A DNA stretch of 64,000 bases, taken from NCBI GenBank assembly GCA_964586695.1, contig CAZPGQ010000001.1:5350-69349 (forward strand). Reading direction: 5' to 3'. Below the pieces are notes generated by a model. That model was not told where the DNA came from. It made no database searches and saw nothing but the letters and a program-made list of their open reading frames with translations. The position numbers and the translations under genes were made by a program. The first letter of the stretch is position 1. Each line of letters begins with the position of its first letter. This DNA is from an uncultured Candidatus Saccharibacteria bacterium. Its GTDB lineage: Bacteria > Patescibacteriota > Minisyncoccia > Phycocordibacterales > DATDWN01. Below, in pieces: positions 9,887-18,761 of the stretch.

Positions 9887-11563
9887 ATGGTAAAGCGTTT
9901 TCTGAGCCTGTTCAACAAAGAGATAATCGGCCTACATCAGGCCGCTTATCTTTTGGGTTTCTTTGCAATTTGTTCACAAATTTTAGCTCTTATCCGAGAT
10001 AGGATTTTGGCGTCCCAGTTTGGGGCAAGTAATACTTTGGATCTGTATTATTCTGCTTTTAGGATTCCAGATGTTATTTTTGTTACTGTCGCGTCCATTG
10101 TTTCTGTGTCGGTTCTGATTCCTTTTTTGATAGAACGATTTGAAAAAGGGGAGAAAGAGGCAAAAGAATTTATTGATACGGTTTTTTCTTTCTTCTTTTG
10201 TTTTATATTTGTTGTCGGTGTTACAGCATATATAACAGCACCATATTTTATGAAACTACTATTTCCGGTTTTTTATAATTCTGACAGTTTTCCAGAACTT
10301 ATAAAATTGACCAGAGTGCTTTTGTTGTCACCAGTTTTTTTAGGCTTTTCAAATCTACTCGCAAGCATTACGCAGATAAATAGACGGTTTTTTATTTATG
10401 CTATTTCTCCGGTAGTATATAACCTCGGTATAATATTCGGAATCATTTTTCTATATCCTGTTCTGGGTCTATCTGGCCTAGGTTTTGGTGTGGCTATTGG
10501 GGCTTTTTTTCATTTTGCTATTCAAATACCTTTTATTATTTCTCAGAGAATGTTTCCTGTTTTCAGGTTTCCTATAAAGTTTAGTTTTATAAAAAAAATA
10601 ATATTTACCTCTTTACCGAGGACAATTACGGTTTCTTCCAACGAGCTAGCAGAACTTTTCCTTATTTCTTTCGCTTCATTTTTTACAGTGGGTTCTATCT
10701 CTGTCTTTAATTTTTCTTTTAATTTGCAGTCTGTCCCATTTAGCATTATTGGAGTTTCGTATTCGTTGGCTGCGTTTCCAACTTTAACAAAGCTTTTTTC
10801 TAATGGTAACAAGGAGGAGTTTGTTGAACAGATGATAAATTCTTCTCGGCATATTATATTTTGGTCTGTTCCGATTTCTGTTCTGTTTGTTGTGTTGCGA
10901 GCGCAGATAGTAAGAACAGCTTTGGGGTCGGGGAGGTTTAATTGGGACGATACAAGGCTTACTGCGGCCGCTCTTGCCTTGTTTACAATATCTCTTGTCG
11001 CACAAAATATGGTCGCGCTTTTTGTCAGATCATATTATTCTCAAGGGAAAACAAAAACCCCATTATTTATGAATATGCTTTCTGCAGGCATTATTGTTTT
11101 TGGAAGTTTTGGTTTGGTTCAACTTTTTGATCAAAACTTATTCTTTAAGAATTTTATTGAATCCATTTTAAAAGTTCAGGGGTTGGCTGGCACTGCTGTA
11201 TTGATGTTGCCATTGGGTTATTCTATTGGTGTCATTTTTAATCTTATTGTTCACTGGTGGGGGTTCAGTTTGCATTTTCCTGCATTTTCAAGACCTGTAA
11301 AAAGAACTTTGTTTGAGGTTTGTGGTGCGTCTACAATAATGGGTTATGTTACTTATCAAGCACTTCCAATATTTGAAAAGATTTTTGATGTTGATACTCT
11401 GGTTGGGATATTTTCACAGGGATTATTTTCAGGATTTATTGGTATAGTAGTGGCTGTAATAGTTTTGTATTTGTTGGGTAGCCGAGAGTTGGGAGAAGTT
11501 TGGTCAACACTACATAAAAAGATATGGAAAGTAGATGTTGTTGCTCCAGACGCCGAGCTTTAA
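9887..11563 (+). CDS. murJ: Lipid II flippase MurJ (MviN)
   Basis: RDRILASQFGAS..LDLYYSAFRIPD and PVVYNLGII motifs, many TMs. Confidence 0.9.
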   Translation: MVKRFLSLFNKEIIGLHQAAYLLGFFAICSQILALIRDRILASQFGASNTLDLYYSAFRIPDVIFVTVASIVSVSVLIPFLIERFEKGEKEAKEFIDTVFSFFFCFIFVVGVTAYITAPYFMKLLFPVFYNSDSFPELIKLTRVLLLSPVFLGFSNLLASITQINRRFFIYAISPVVYNLGIIFGIIFLYPVLGLSGLGFGVAIGAFFHFAIQIPFIISQRMFPVFRFPIKFSFIKKIIFTSLPRTITVSSNELAELFLISFASFFTVGSISVFNFSFNLQSVPFSIIGVSYSLAAFPTLTKLFSNGNKEEFVEQMINSSRHIIFWSVPISVLFVVLRAQIVRTALGSGRFNWDDTRLTAAALALFTISLVAQNMVALFVRSYYSQGKTKTPLFMNMLSAGIIVFGSFGLVQLFDQNLFFKNFIESILKVQGLAGTAVLMLPLGYSIGVIFNLIVHWWGFSLHFPAFSRPVKRTLFEVCGASTIMGYVTYQALPIFEKIFDVDTLVGIFSQGLFSGFIGIVVAVIVLYLLGSRELGEVWSTLHKKIWKVDVVAPDAEL

Positions 11564-11688
11564 AACTTCCAAATTTGGCAAATTTCTTTGTTGCTAGTTT
11601 TATTTTTTCCACGCGCAGTACTAAGTGTACAGCTTGGTCAAAAATAAAACGTCGCGCCTCGAACTTTACTCAAATTGTATAAGTTTTA
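11561..11688 (+). repeat. Stop-codon-anchored ~125-nt imperfect palindrome, copy 1
   Basis: TAAAACTTCCAAATTTGG...CAAATTGTATAAGTTTTA; homologous to copies at 13518, 26450, 46419 and 47264. Confidence 0.8.
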
Positions 11689-11721
11689 TGAATTCTAGTT
11701 TTTGTGCTTTAATGTAGACCA

Positions 11722-13521
11722 ATGGAAAACATAAGGAACTTCTCAATCATCGCCCATATAGATCACGGAAAATCTACTCTAGCAGACAGAATGCTCGAGA
11801 TAACGGGTACTATAGAAAAACGCAAAATGCAGGATCAGGTTCTGGACTCTATGGAGCTGGAAAGGGAAAGGGGTATCACCATAAAGATGCAACCCGTTCG
11901 AATGAAGTATAAACACGAGGGAAAGGACTACATTTTGAACCTTATCGACACTCCTGGTCACATAGACTTTTCGTATGAAGTTTCTCGCGCTCTAAAGGCT
12001 GTGGAGGGCTCTATTTTGCTCGTGGATGCGACTCAGGGAGTCCAAGCTCAAACACTTACAACCCTTGGAATGGCTCGGGAAACAGGTCTAAAAATTATCC
12101 CTGTATTGTCCAAAGTAGACTCACCACTGGCTCGTGTAGAAGAGATAAAAGCTGAGGTGGTAAAGCTATTAGACTGTGACCCGAGTGAAATATTGGAGAC
12201 ATCTGGAAAGACTGGAGAGGGCGTAGCAAATCTTTTGGATGAAGTAATAAAGAAAATCCCAGCACCAACACCGATAGAAGGAAATACATTTAGATCTCTT
12301 ATTTTTGATTTTAAATATTCAACGCACAAAGGTGTTATCGTTTTTATCCGTGTGATGTCCGGTTCTGTTTCCAGAAATAATCAACTTATTTTCAAAGTCG
12401 CAAAAGAAACTTTCAACTCTATCGAAACTGGAATATTTTCTCCGGATGAAGTTCCTGTAGAAAAACTAAGTGCGGGGGAGATAGGATATATCGTGACTGG
12501 AATAAAAGAACCAGGTATTGCATCTGTTGGAGATACAGTCGCATCACTAAACGACACAAACCCACCACTTCACGGATATATGTTGCCGAGACCTGTTGTG
12601 TGGGCATCTATCTATCCAGAAAGTCAGGATGACTTTACTACACTCAAACAATCACTTGGAAAACTAAAACTTTCTGACTCATCTTTTACATTTGAAGAAG
12701 AGTCATCTGGTGCACTTGGACGTGGTTTCCGTTGTGGATTTTTGGGAATGCTACACCTCGAAATAATCACAGAGAGGCTGCACCGCGAATTTGATCTAGA
12801 CCTTGTGGTGACAATGCCAACTATCACGTATGAAGTTACATACAAAGGTGGCCCAAAGTCTGGTAAGACAGAAATAATATATTCACCATCGTATTTTCCT
12901 GACGAAGGACTTTTGAGTAACATCAGGGAGCCTTGGGTAAACTGTACTATTATTACTCCATCAAGATTCCTTCCGAACCTTATGCCTCTTTTCTACGATC
13001 ACGAGGCGGAGCTACAAGACTCTGAAAACTTTGGAGGGGATAGAACAAGACTTGTTATGAAAATGCCGTTGCGAGAGTTGATGCGAAACTTTTTCGATAA
13101 ACTAAAAAGTGCATCTAGTGGTTTTGCATCTATGTCGTATGAGATAGAGGGAATGCGAGATGCTAACGTCGTGCGTATGGATATATTGGTTGCAGACGAG
13201 GTGATCCCAGCATTTTCAAAAGTTATATCAAGACGAATAGTAGAAGAAGAGGCAAAGTCGTCTGTTGAGAAACTACATAAAATACTTCCACGACAAATGT
13301 TCGTTATGAAAGTTCAAGCGAAAGCATTGGGAAGAATTATATCTTCAGAAACAGTAAAGGCATTTAGTAAGGATGTGACTCAGCATATGTACGGAGGAGA
13401 TATTACTCGAAAGATGAAACTACGAGAAAAGCAGAAGAAGGGAAAGAAGAAGATGAAAGAGAGGGGGATGGGGACAGTCGACATTCCACACGACGTTTTT
13501 TTGAAGATGATGCGTAGCTAA
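11722..13521 (+). CDS. lepA: Translation elongation factor 4
   Basis: IRNFSIIAHIDHGKSTLADR, RERGITIK, CGFLGMLH, YGGDITRK. Confidence 0.97.
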   Translation: MENIRNFSIIAHIDHGKSTLADRMLEITGTIEKRKMQDQVLDSMELERERGITIKMQPVRMKYKHEGKDYILNLIDTPGHIDFSYEVSRALKAVEGSILLVDATQGVQAQTLTTLGMARETGLKIIPVLSKVDSPLARVEEIKAEVVKLLDCDPSEILETSGKTGEGVANLLDEVIKKIPAPTPIEGNTFRSLIFDFKYSTHKGVIVFIRVMSGSVSRNNQLIFKVAKETFNSIETGIFSPDEVPVEKLSAGEIGYIVTGIKEPGIASVGDTVASLNDTNPPLHGYMLPRPVVWASIYPESQDDFTTLKQSLGKLKLSDSSFTFEEESSGALGRGFRCGFLGMLHLEIITERLHREFDLDLVVTMPTITYEVTYKGGPKSGKTEIIYSPSYFPDEGLLSNIREPWVNCTIITPSRFLPNLMPLFYDHEAELQDSENFGGDRTRLVMKMPLRELMRNFFDKLKSASSGFASMSYEIEGMRDANVVRMDILVADEVIPAFSKVISRRIVEEEAKSSVEKLHKILPRQMFVMKVQAKALGRIISSETVKAFSKDVTQHMYGGDITRKMKLREKQKKGKKKMKERGMGTVDIPHDVFLKMMRS

Positions 13522-13645
13522 AACTTCCAAATTTGGCGATCTACTAGTTAAAAATTCAAAAATTTTCGTCGCAGTACTATTTGTGCTGCTTCTCATATTT
13601 TTGAATTTTTAACGTCGCATCTCATCCAAATTATGAAAGTTCTAG
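13518..13645 (+). repeat. Stop-codon-anchored palindrome, copy 2
   Basis: CTAAAACTTCCAAATTTGGCGA...TCATCCAAATTATGAAAGTTCTAG. Confidence 0.8.
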
Positions 13646-13677
13646 AATTTAATTCAGTTGTATTGTATATAACAGGA

Positions 13678-13707
13678 AACGGTCAGCCGTTTCCTTGGCT
13701 GACCGTT
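13678..13707 (-). terminator. Hairpin terminator of GC-rich ORF
   Basis: AACGGTCAGCC/GGCTGACCGTT perfect stem. Confidence 0.6.
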
Positions 13708-13951
13708 AGATAATTTGAACTCGGCTCTCTGTGACCCTGATCAGCCCGATAAGCTTCACTTCCAGTAACAGTGGGCTTGAATGTGTCCAGATGTAAGCGA
13801 GGTCCTCCGCATGTTTCTTCGCACTTTCATCTTCATGAAACGCGGTCAATCGTTCCTCTTGCACCCAAGGAGCTTTATCCTTGAGTATTCCGAAGAACGA
13901 CCACCTACTTGGTTTTGGAGTTATCTCGAATCTTGCGATGTAGCTGATCAT
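13706..13951 (-). CDS. Small hypothetical protein, relatively GC-rich, SD-led
   Basis: AAAGGAG 7 nt before the ATG at 13951; own downstream hairpin. Confidence 0.55.
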   Translation of the reverse strand: MISYIARFEITPKPSRWSFFGILKDKAPWVQEERLTAFHEDESAKKHAEDLAYIWTHSSPLLLEVKLIGLIRVTESRVQII

Positions 13952-13980
13952 CCACACTCTCCTTTAAATATATAATCATA

Positions 13981-14454
13981 TTATCTCTGTATTGCAAAGT
14001 GGGTGAGGCCGATGGCTATTGCGTCGAATTCGTCGTCGCTGCTTTTTTTACTATCTACAACAATTAATTTTTTGACCATGTCGATGATTTGTTTCTTCTC
14101 GCTTCGTCCGTAACCCGTGATAGCGATTTTCACTTCGTTTGGTGTGTATTCAAAAATAGGCAGTCCTGATGAACTCCCAGCGTAGAGGATAACTCCACGT
14201 GCTTCTGCCACAAGCATCGCTGTTTTCTGGTTTCCTGAAAAGAAAAGTTTTTCCGTCGCTAGTGCCTCCGGTTTATACTTTTTAATTATTTCTTTTATTC
14301 TATTTCCAATAAGAGCGAGTCTCTCATTGTGGGGGAGTTTGGCAGAAGTCTTGAAACACTCAGAAAAAACCAAAGTCTCATTTTGGTTTTTTTCCTTATC
14401 GATTATTGCAAGTCCAAGTCTTTCATAACCAGGATCTATTGAAATTATTTTCAT
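13981..14454 (-). CDS. ruvC: Holliday junction resolvase RuvC
   Basis: SIDPG, ATE, AEARG, DDEFDAIAIG. Confidence 0.95.
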   Translation of the reverse strand: MKIISIDPGYERLGLAIIDKEKNQNETLVFSECFKTSAKLPHNERLALIGNRIKEIIKKYKPEALATEKLFFSGNQKTAMLVAEARGVILYAGSSSGLPIFEYTPNEVKIAITGYGRSEKKQIIDMVKKLIVVDSKKSSDDEFDAIAIGLTHFAIQR

Positions 14455-14472
14455 ATTAGTATTTTACCATGT

Positions 14473-14673
14473 ACGAATGCTGAATAGTTTTTATAGACCT
14501 GCACAGGAAATTAGAAAACAACGACGAACGGAAAGAAGCCTGAAGCATTGTTTGAACGATAGTGAGTTTTGCGAGAAGGCTCTGGAGTGAGGACGATTGT
14601 TTTCTTGATTTCCGAGCAAAGCAAAACCCCAACAGGGGTTTATGCGTGTCTGTTAAAACTATTCAGCATTCGT
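14473..14673. repeat. ~200-nt multibranch palindromic element whose arm mirrors the yebC 3' end
   Basis: Perfect 19-bp IR 14473-14491/14655-14673 plus inner stems. Confidence 0.75.
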
Positions 14674-15186
14674 GTATACATCATTCACCTCATCATTTTC
14701 CTCTAACTCGTCAATTAGTGCTCCAAGTTTTCCCCCATCTTCCTCTGATAGGGGAACGGTTGATGTTGGAATCCACTCCTCTCCAATATTGTGTGTGAAT
14801 GCCCAGCTAGCCGCGCCAACTCCAGCCATGGCACAGTCATGTCTCGCTAAAATAGTTTTGATTTCTTGGTTCGCTCTGTTTTTTGCATCTGTTAGAGCTT
14901 CGATAATCATCGCACATCCACCTGGTCCGTATGCTTCGTAAACAATCATTTCAGTCTCGCCAGCTTCTGCTGACTTTTTGATTGCACGTTCAATGTTGTC
15001 GTTCGGAACATTCATTGATTTTGCTTTCTCTATAGCGGCCTTAAGTCCAGGTGAAGAAATGTTTCCTCCAGCTTTTTTTGCCTCTACTGAAATAAGTTTT
15101 ACCATCTTGCCGAAGATCTTTGACTTTTGACCATCAGTCTTCTCTTTCTGTCTCTTTATTTTTGACCATTTATTGTGTCCACTCAT
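14659..15186 (-). CDS. yebC: YebC/PmpR family protein (short form)
   Basis: MSGHNKWSKIKRQK start at 15186; YEAYGPGG; LEENDEVNDVYTNAE. Confidence 0.92.
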   Translation of the reverse strand: MSGHNKWSKIKRQKEKTDGQKSKIFGKMVKLISVEAKKAGGNISSPGLKAAIEKAKSMNVPNDNIERAIKKSAEAGETEMIVYEAYGPGGCAMIIEALTDAKNRANQEIKTILARHDCAMAGVGAASWAFTHNIGEEWIPTSTVPLSEEDGGKLGALIDELEENDEVNDVYTNAE

Positions 15187-15251
15187 ATGGCCAATTGTAC
15201 TCAAGTTATACAAAAAATCAAAGTTGATTATTTTTTGGGAGTTGCTAGACT

Positions 15252-15520
15252 GTTTTCGGCTGTTCTTTTGCACGAGGAGAACCGCTAATCCTTGAGGAAA
15301 GGAGGACTCGCTTCATGATCGACGAGGATCTGTTCGCGCTGTTCACCTAACCCTGCGGCGACCCAGAGGCCGGGTATGGGATCAAGGGTGAGCCCGGCAG
15401 CGCTCTCGTGCAGCGCACAAACAAACCGGAGACGGACTAGTATCCGTCAGGTGAGGAAGGCCTCACTTAACACATGGAGGATTGAATTAGAGCGGAGGGA
15501 CTGACATGTCCCTCCGCCTT
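15252..15520 (+). ncRNA. Putative GC-rich structured RNA containing an 11-codon SD-led ORF
   Basis: Promoter-like TTGATT-16-TAGACT, long-range stems, AAAGGAGG + ATG (15315-15350), terminator hairpin 15492-15517. Confidence 0.45.
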
Positions 15521-15525
15521 AACTT

Positions 15526-16539
15526 TTATAAAAGAGTTTTTGGAGAGAGACCAAGGTGCTCATAACCAGAAGTTGTAACGGTTCTGCCTCGAGGTGTTCT
15601 GTCTAGAAAACCAAGTTGAATGAGGTATGGTTCATTGAACTCCTCGATAGTTGCTTGTTCTTCTGACATTGCTGCTGCGAGTGTGTTGAGACCAACGGGT
15701 CCACCAGAAAATTTATTTATAATAGTGTGCAGTATGTCACGGTCAGCAGGTGAAAGTCCTACGTGGTCTATGCCCAAAAGTTTCAAAGCTTCATCCACGG
15801 ACTCTTTTGTTAAGTCAGTTTTATTTACCTGAGAATAGTCTCGCGCACGTTTCAAAAGATAGTTCGCTGTTCTGGGTGTGTATCTAGATCGTTTTGCTAT
15901 TTCTTCGCCAGCTTTTTCATTGAGTTCGATACCAAGAATTTTTGATGATCTTTCTATAATTTTTTCGATTTCTTTGTTTGTGTAAAATTCAAGTTTAAAT
16001 ATTCCTCCAGAGAAACGACTTCGAAGAGGGGAGGAAATCATCGCGATTCGAGTTGTTGCACCAATGAGGGTAAACGGTGGGAGTTCCAGCTGTATTGTCC
16101 TCGCGCTCGGTCCTTTGCCAATAATAATATCGAGTGAACCTGACTCCATAGCAGGGTAGAGGACCTCCTCGATAGTTTTGTTGAGTCTGTGTATTTCGTC
16201 TATAAAAAGTATGTCCCCAGCAGAGAGGTTTGTGAGTATAGAAGCTAGGTCGCCGACCTTTTCTATTGCTGGCCCACTTGTTACTTTCATCTGTGCATTT
16301 ATCTCTTTTGCAATAAGGTGGGCAAGAGTTGTCTTACCCAAACCAGGAGAGCCGTAAAATAGTATGTGCTCTGGTGGATGATTTCTTTCTTTTGCAGCGG
16401 TCAGCAGAATCTGTAAATTTTTTTTGATATTTGACTGACCGATATATTCATCCCAACGACTAGGGCGTAGGGTAGTATCGAGAAAAAGTGCGTCTGTATC
16501 GACTGAGTCTTGTGTTTTTTTCTTCGGCTTTGTATCCAT
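15526..16539 (-). CDS. ruvB: Holliday junction branch migration helicase RuvB
   Basis: LRP..YIGQ, GSPGLGKTTLA, FIDEIHRL, EPYLIQLG..RTPRGR. Confidence 0.97.
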   Translation of the reverse strand: MDTKPKKKTQDSVDTDALFLDTTLRPSRWDEYIGQSNIKKNLQILLTAAKERNHPPEHILFYGSPGLGKTTLAHLIAKEINAQMKVTSGPAIEKVGDLASILTNLSAGDILFIDEIHRLNKTIEEVLYPAMESGSLDIIIGKGPSARTIQLELPPFTLIGATTRIAMISSPLRSRFSGGIFKLEFYTNKEIEKIIERSSKILGIELNEKAGEEIAKRSRYTPRTANYLLKRARDYSQVNKTDLTKESVDEALKLLGIDHVGLSPADRDILHTIINKFSGGPVGLNTLAAAMSEEQATIEEFNEPYLIQLGFLDRTPRGRTVTTSGYEHLGLSPKTLL

Positions 16540-16578
16540 GGAGATAATTATACTATATAGGGGTGTTTAACAAGGCTA

Positions 16579-16607
16579 TTGACAAAAAAATCTTTGTATG
16601 CTAAACT
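16579..16607 (+). promoter_or_regulatory. Strong sigma70 promoter with no downstream + strand ORF
   Basis: TTGACA-17-TAAACT with extended TG. Confidence 0.7.
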
Positions 16608-16612
16608 ACCAG

Positions 16613-16853
16613 TCTCAATAAGTTTGATTGAGTTTTCGTTGAAAAAGGCAGTTTAAGTTCACCTTCGGGTGATTTTATAAGCTCCAAAATATAAATCTCT
16701 AAGCAACTAAGCGTTTTGCGTTTACGAGTGTTCCTGCGAGGACGATTTGGTTATTACCTTGTGTAATATCTGCATCTATCCTTTGCGAAATACTTAGCTT
16801 TTGGTATCGATTATTAAAAGTGTTGCTTAGAGATTTATGCTTTGGAGTTTTTT
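16613..16853 (+). ncRNA. Putative orphan structured ncRNA (~240 nt)
   Basis: cUUCGg hairpin 16659-16672; perfect 17-bp IR 16691-16707/16822-16838 extended imperfectly and followed by a T tract. Confidence 0.55.
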
Positions 16854-16966
16854 GTTACTCCTATGTTTAATTATTCACACAAGGGGAGTCTTTAGCAAGG
16901 GGATAACTCACTGAGCCACAAAATTCACACTCTCGGCAATCTTGATTTTTTAAATTTGGTCAGTTG

Positions 16967-18643
16967 CTACTCTTTCTCAATATCTATCACTCTTTTTAGT
17001 TCGTCCATTGTCGTAATTCCTTTCAAAACTTTTAATATTCCATCTTGTCGCAGATCAAGTAGTCCTTGTTTTTCTGCTATTTTTTTAATATCACGTTCAC
17101 TAGCATTTTCTCGCACAACAAGTTCTATATCGTAATCCATTTTTATTGCTTCGTGTATTCCTGTTCTTCCTTTGAATCCTGTCATATTACATTTTTGACA
17201 TCCAGTCGATTGCCATATGTGTGTAGTGTCTATGTCCTTAAGATAATCTTTATCTGATATTGTGCTTACAATATCGTCGATAGTTTTTTTATCACCACCT
17301 TCAAGAGTGATTTGTTTTTTACAATCAGGACAAAGTTTTCTTACAAGTCTTTGTGCCATGGCTAGGTTTATTGCAGAAGATATGATTTTTGCATCAACTC
17401 CAAGGTCGATAAGACGTGGGAATGTTCCTGCTGCTGTATTTGTGTGGAGAGTAGAAAACACAAGGTGTCCAGTAAGAGCAGAGTTTATAGCAATACCGGC
17501 TGTTTCATCGTCTCTTATTTCACCAACCATTATCACATCTGGGTCTTGTCGTAGGGCACTGCGTAGACCTTCTGCGAAGCTGTAATTCTTTTTGTCGTCT
17601 GTTTGGGTTTGAACTATGCCAGGTAGATGGTACTCAATAGGGTTTTCTATTGTAATTATTTTTATTTCCGGCGTATGAATTTTTTTAAGCAATGCGTATA
17701 GTGTTGTTGTTTTTCCAGATCCCGTTGGCCCTGTTAGAAGTACCATACCATTTGGTTTTGATGTTTCGTGGAAAATAACTTCAAGAATTTTTGGATGAAT
17801 ACCAAGTTCCTCGAGTGGAACAGAAATCGCATCTGGGTTCAAAACTCGGAGCACGACAGAGTCATTGTATGCACCAGGCAGTAGGGAAGTTCTGATTTCT
17901 ATTTCACTCTTTGGTAGTTTAATACTAAAGCGACCGTCTTGTGCACCAGAAATATTTAACTTTAGATTTGAAATAAGTTTTATTCTAGAAAGAAGTAGTT
18001 TGTATGTATCCAAGTCGAACTGAAGTATTTCTGTCAGCATTCCATCTAGTCTGTATCGCAAAGTCACATAGTCTTCTTCTGGCTCGAGGTGGACGTCTGA
18101 AGCGTTTGTAGCAAGAGCTCCAGCGATTATGATTTCCATAATTCGTGAAATTCGGTAACTCTTTTTCATTTGTAAAACATCGCCGATTAGGTTCTGTACG
18201 TCTGGTATTGTGTGAACTTGTGCGAGGAATTCCGTGATCTGTTCGTTAGAAATATCCAAAGCTCCAGACTTTGTCTCAAAGGAGTATGAAAGGTCCTTGT
18301 ATCTTTCCCAAACTTTTTTCAAACTGGTTTCTGAAACCATGTAGACTTCTGGCGTATAACCTTTTGCTTTAATTTTTTCTATAGCTTCGACAGTTTTCGG
18401 ATTTTGTGGCGCCAAAGCTCCAACGCTCACGATTTTATTTACTTCATTGAATACTGCTACATTAGCTTCTCTTGATTCTACTTCATTAAGGATTCGAAGC
18501 GAGTCTATATCTAGTGGGGTAACAGTAAGATCGGCATAGGGTACACCATATTTTGATGACATTGCTTGTGCCAGACCCTCTTCCTCTTGTTTCCGAAGTT
18601 CATCTACTCGTTTATTCTGTTTTTCTTCGTCAAATATAACCAT
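16967..18643 (-). CDS. pilB: Type IV pilus assembly ATPase, PilB/GspE family
   Basis: ASDVHLEP, GPTGSGKTTTL, LRQDPDVIMVGEIRD, GHLVFSTLH, tetra-Cys motif. Confidence 0.88.
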   Translation of the reverse strand: MVIFDEEKQNKRVDELRKQEEEGLAQAMSSKYGVPYADLTVTPLDIDSLRILNEVESREANVAVFNEVNKIVSVGALAPQNPKTVEAIEKIKAKGYTPEVYMVSETSLKKVWERYKDLSYSFETKSGALDISNEQITEFLAQVHTIPDVQNLIGDVLQMKKSYRISRIMEIIIAGALATNASDVHLEPEEDYVTLRYRLDGMLTEILQFDLDTYKLLLSRIKLISNLKLNISGAQDGRFSIKLPKSEIEIRTSLLPGAYNDSVVLRVLNPDAISVPLEELGIHPKILEVIFHETSKPNGMVLLTGPTGSGKTTTLYALLKKIHTPEIKIITIENPIEYHLPGIVQTQTDDKKNYSFAEGLRSALRQDPDVIMVGEIRDDETAGIAINSALTGHLVFSTLHTNTAAGTFPRLIDLGVDAKIISSAINLAMAQRLVRKLCPDCKKQITLEGGDKKTIDDIVSTISDKDYLKDIDTTHIWQSTGCQKCNMTGFKGRTGIHEAIKMDYDIELVVRENASERDIKKIAEKQGLLDLRQDGILKVLKGITTMDELKRVIDIEKE

Positions 18644-18712
18644 GATTTTGTCTAAATATAATATCACAGAAAAGCCCTTAAAATAGGGCGTTTTTAACAG
18701 CTATTTTATAGC

Positions 18713-18741
18713 TTGACAAATACACTCAAATGGTGTATTAT
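18713..18741 (+). promoter_or_regulatory. sigma70 promoter of GC-rich cassette
   Basis: TTGACA-17-TATTAT. Confidence 0.7.
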
Positions 18742-18761
18742 TATAGGTAAGGAGGATGCCC

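Noticed and set aside
15252-15520. tmRNA or SRP RNA identity
   Set aside because: No tRNA-like ends or Ala-ending tag; the TCAGGTGAGGAAGG stretch lacks the SRP AGCAG partner motif.
16680-16850. Retron msr-msd (long flanking inverted repeats)
   Set aside because: No reverse transcriptase adjacent or anywhere in the window.
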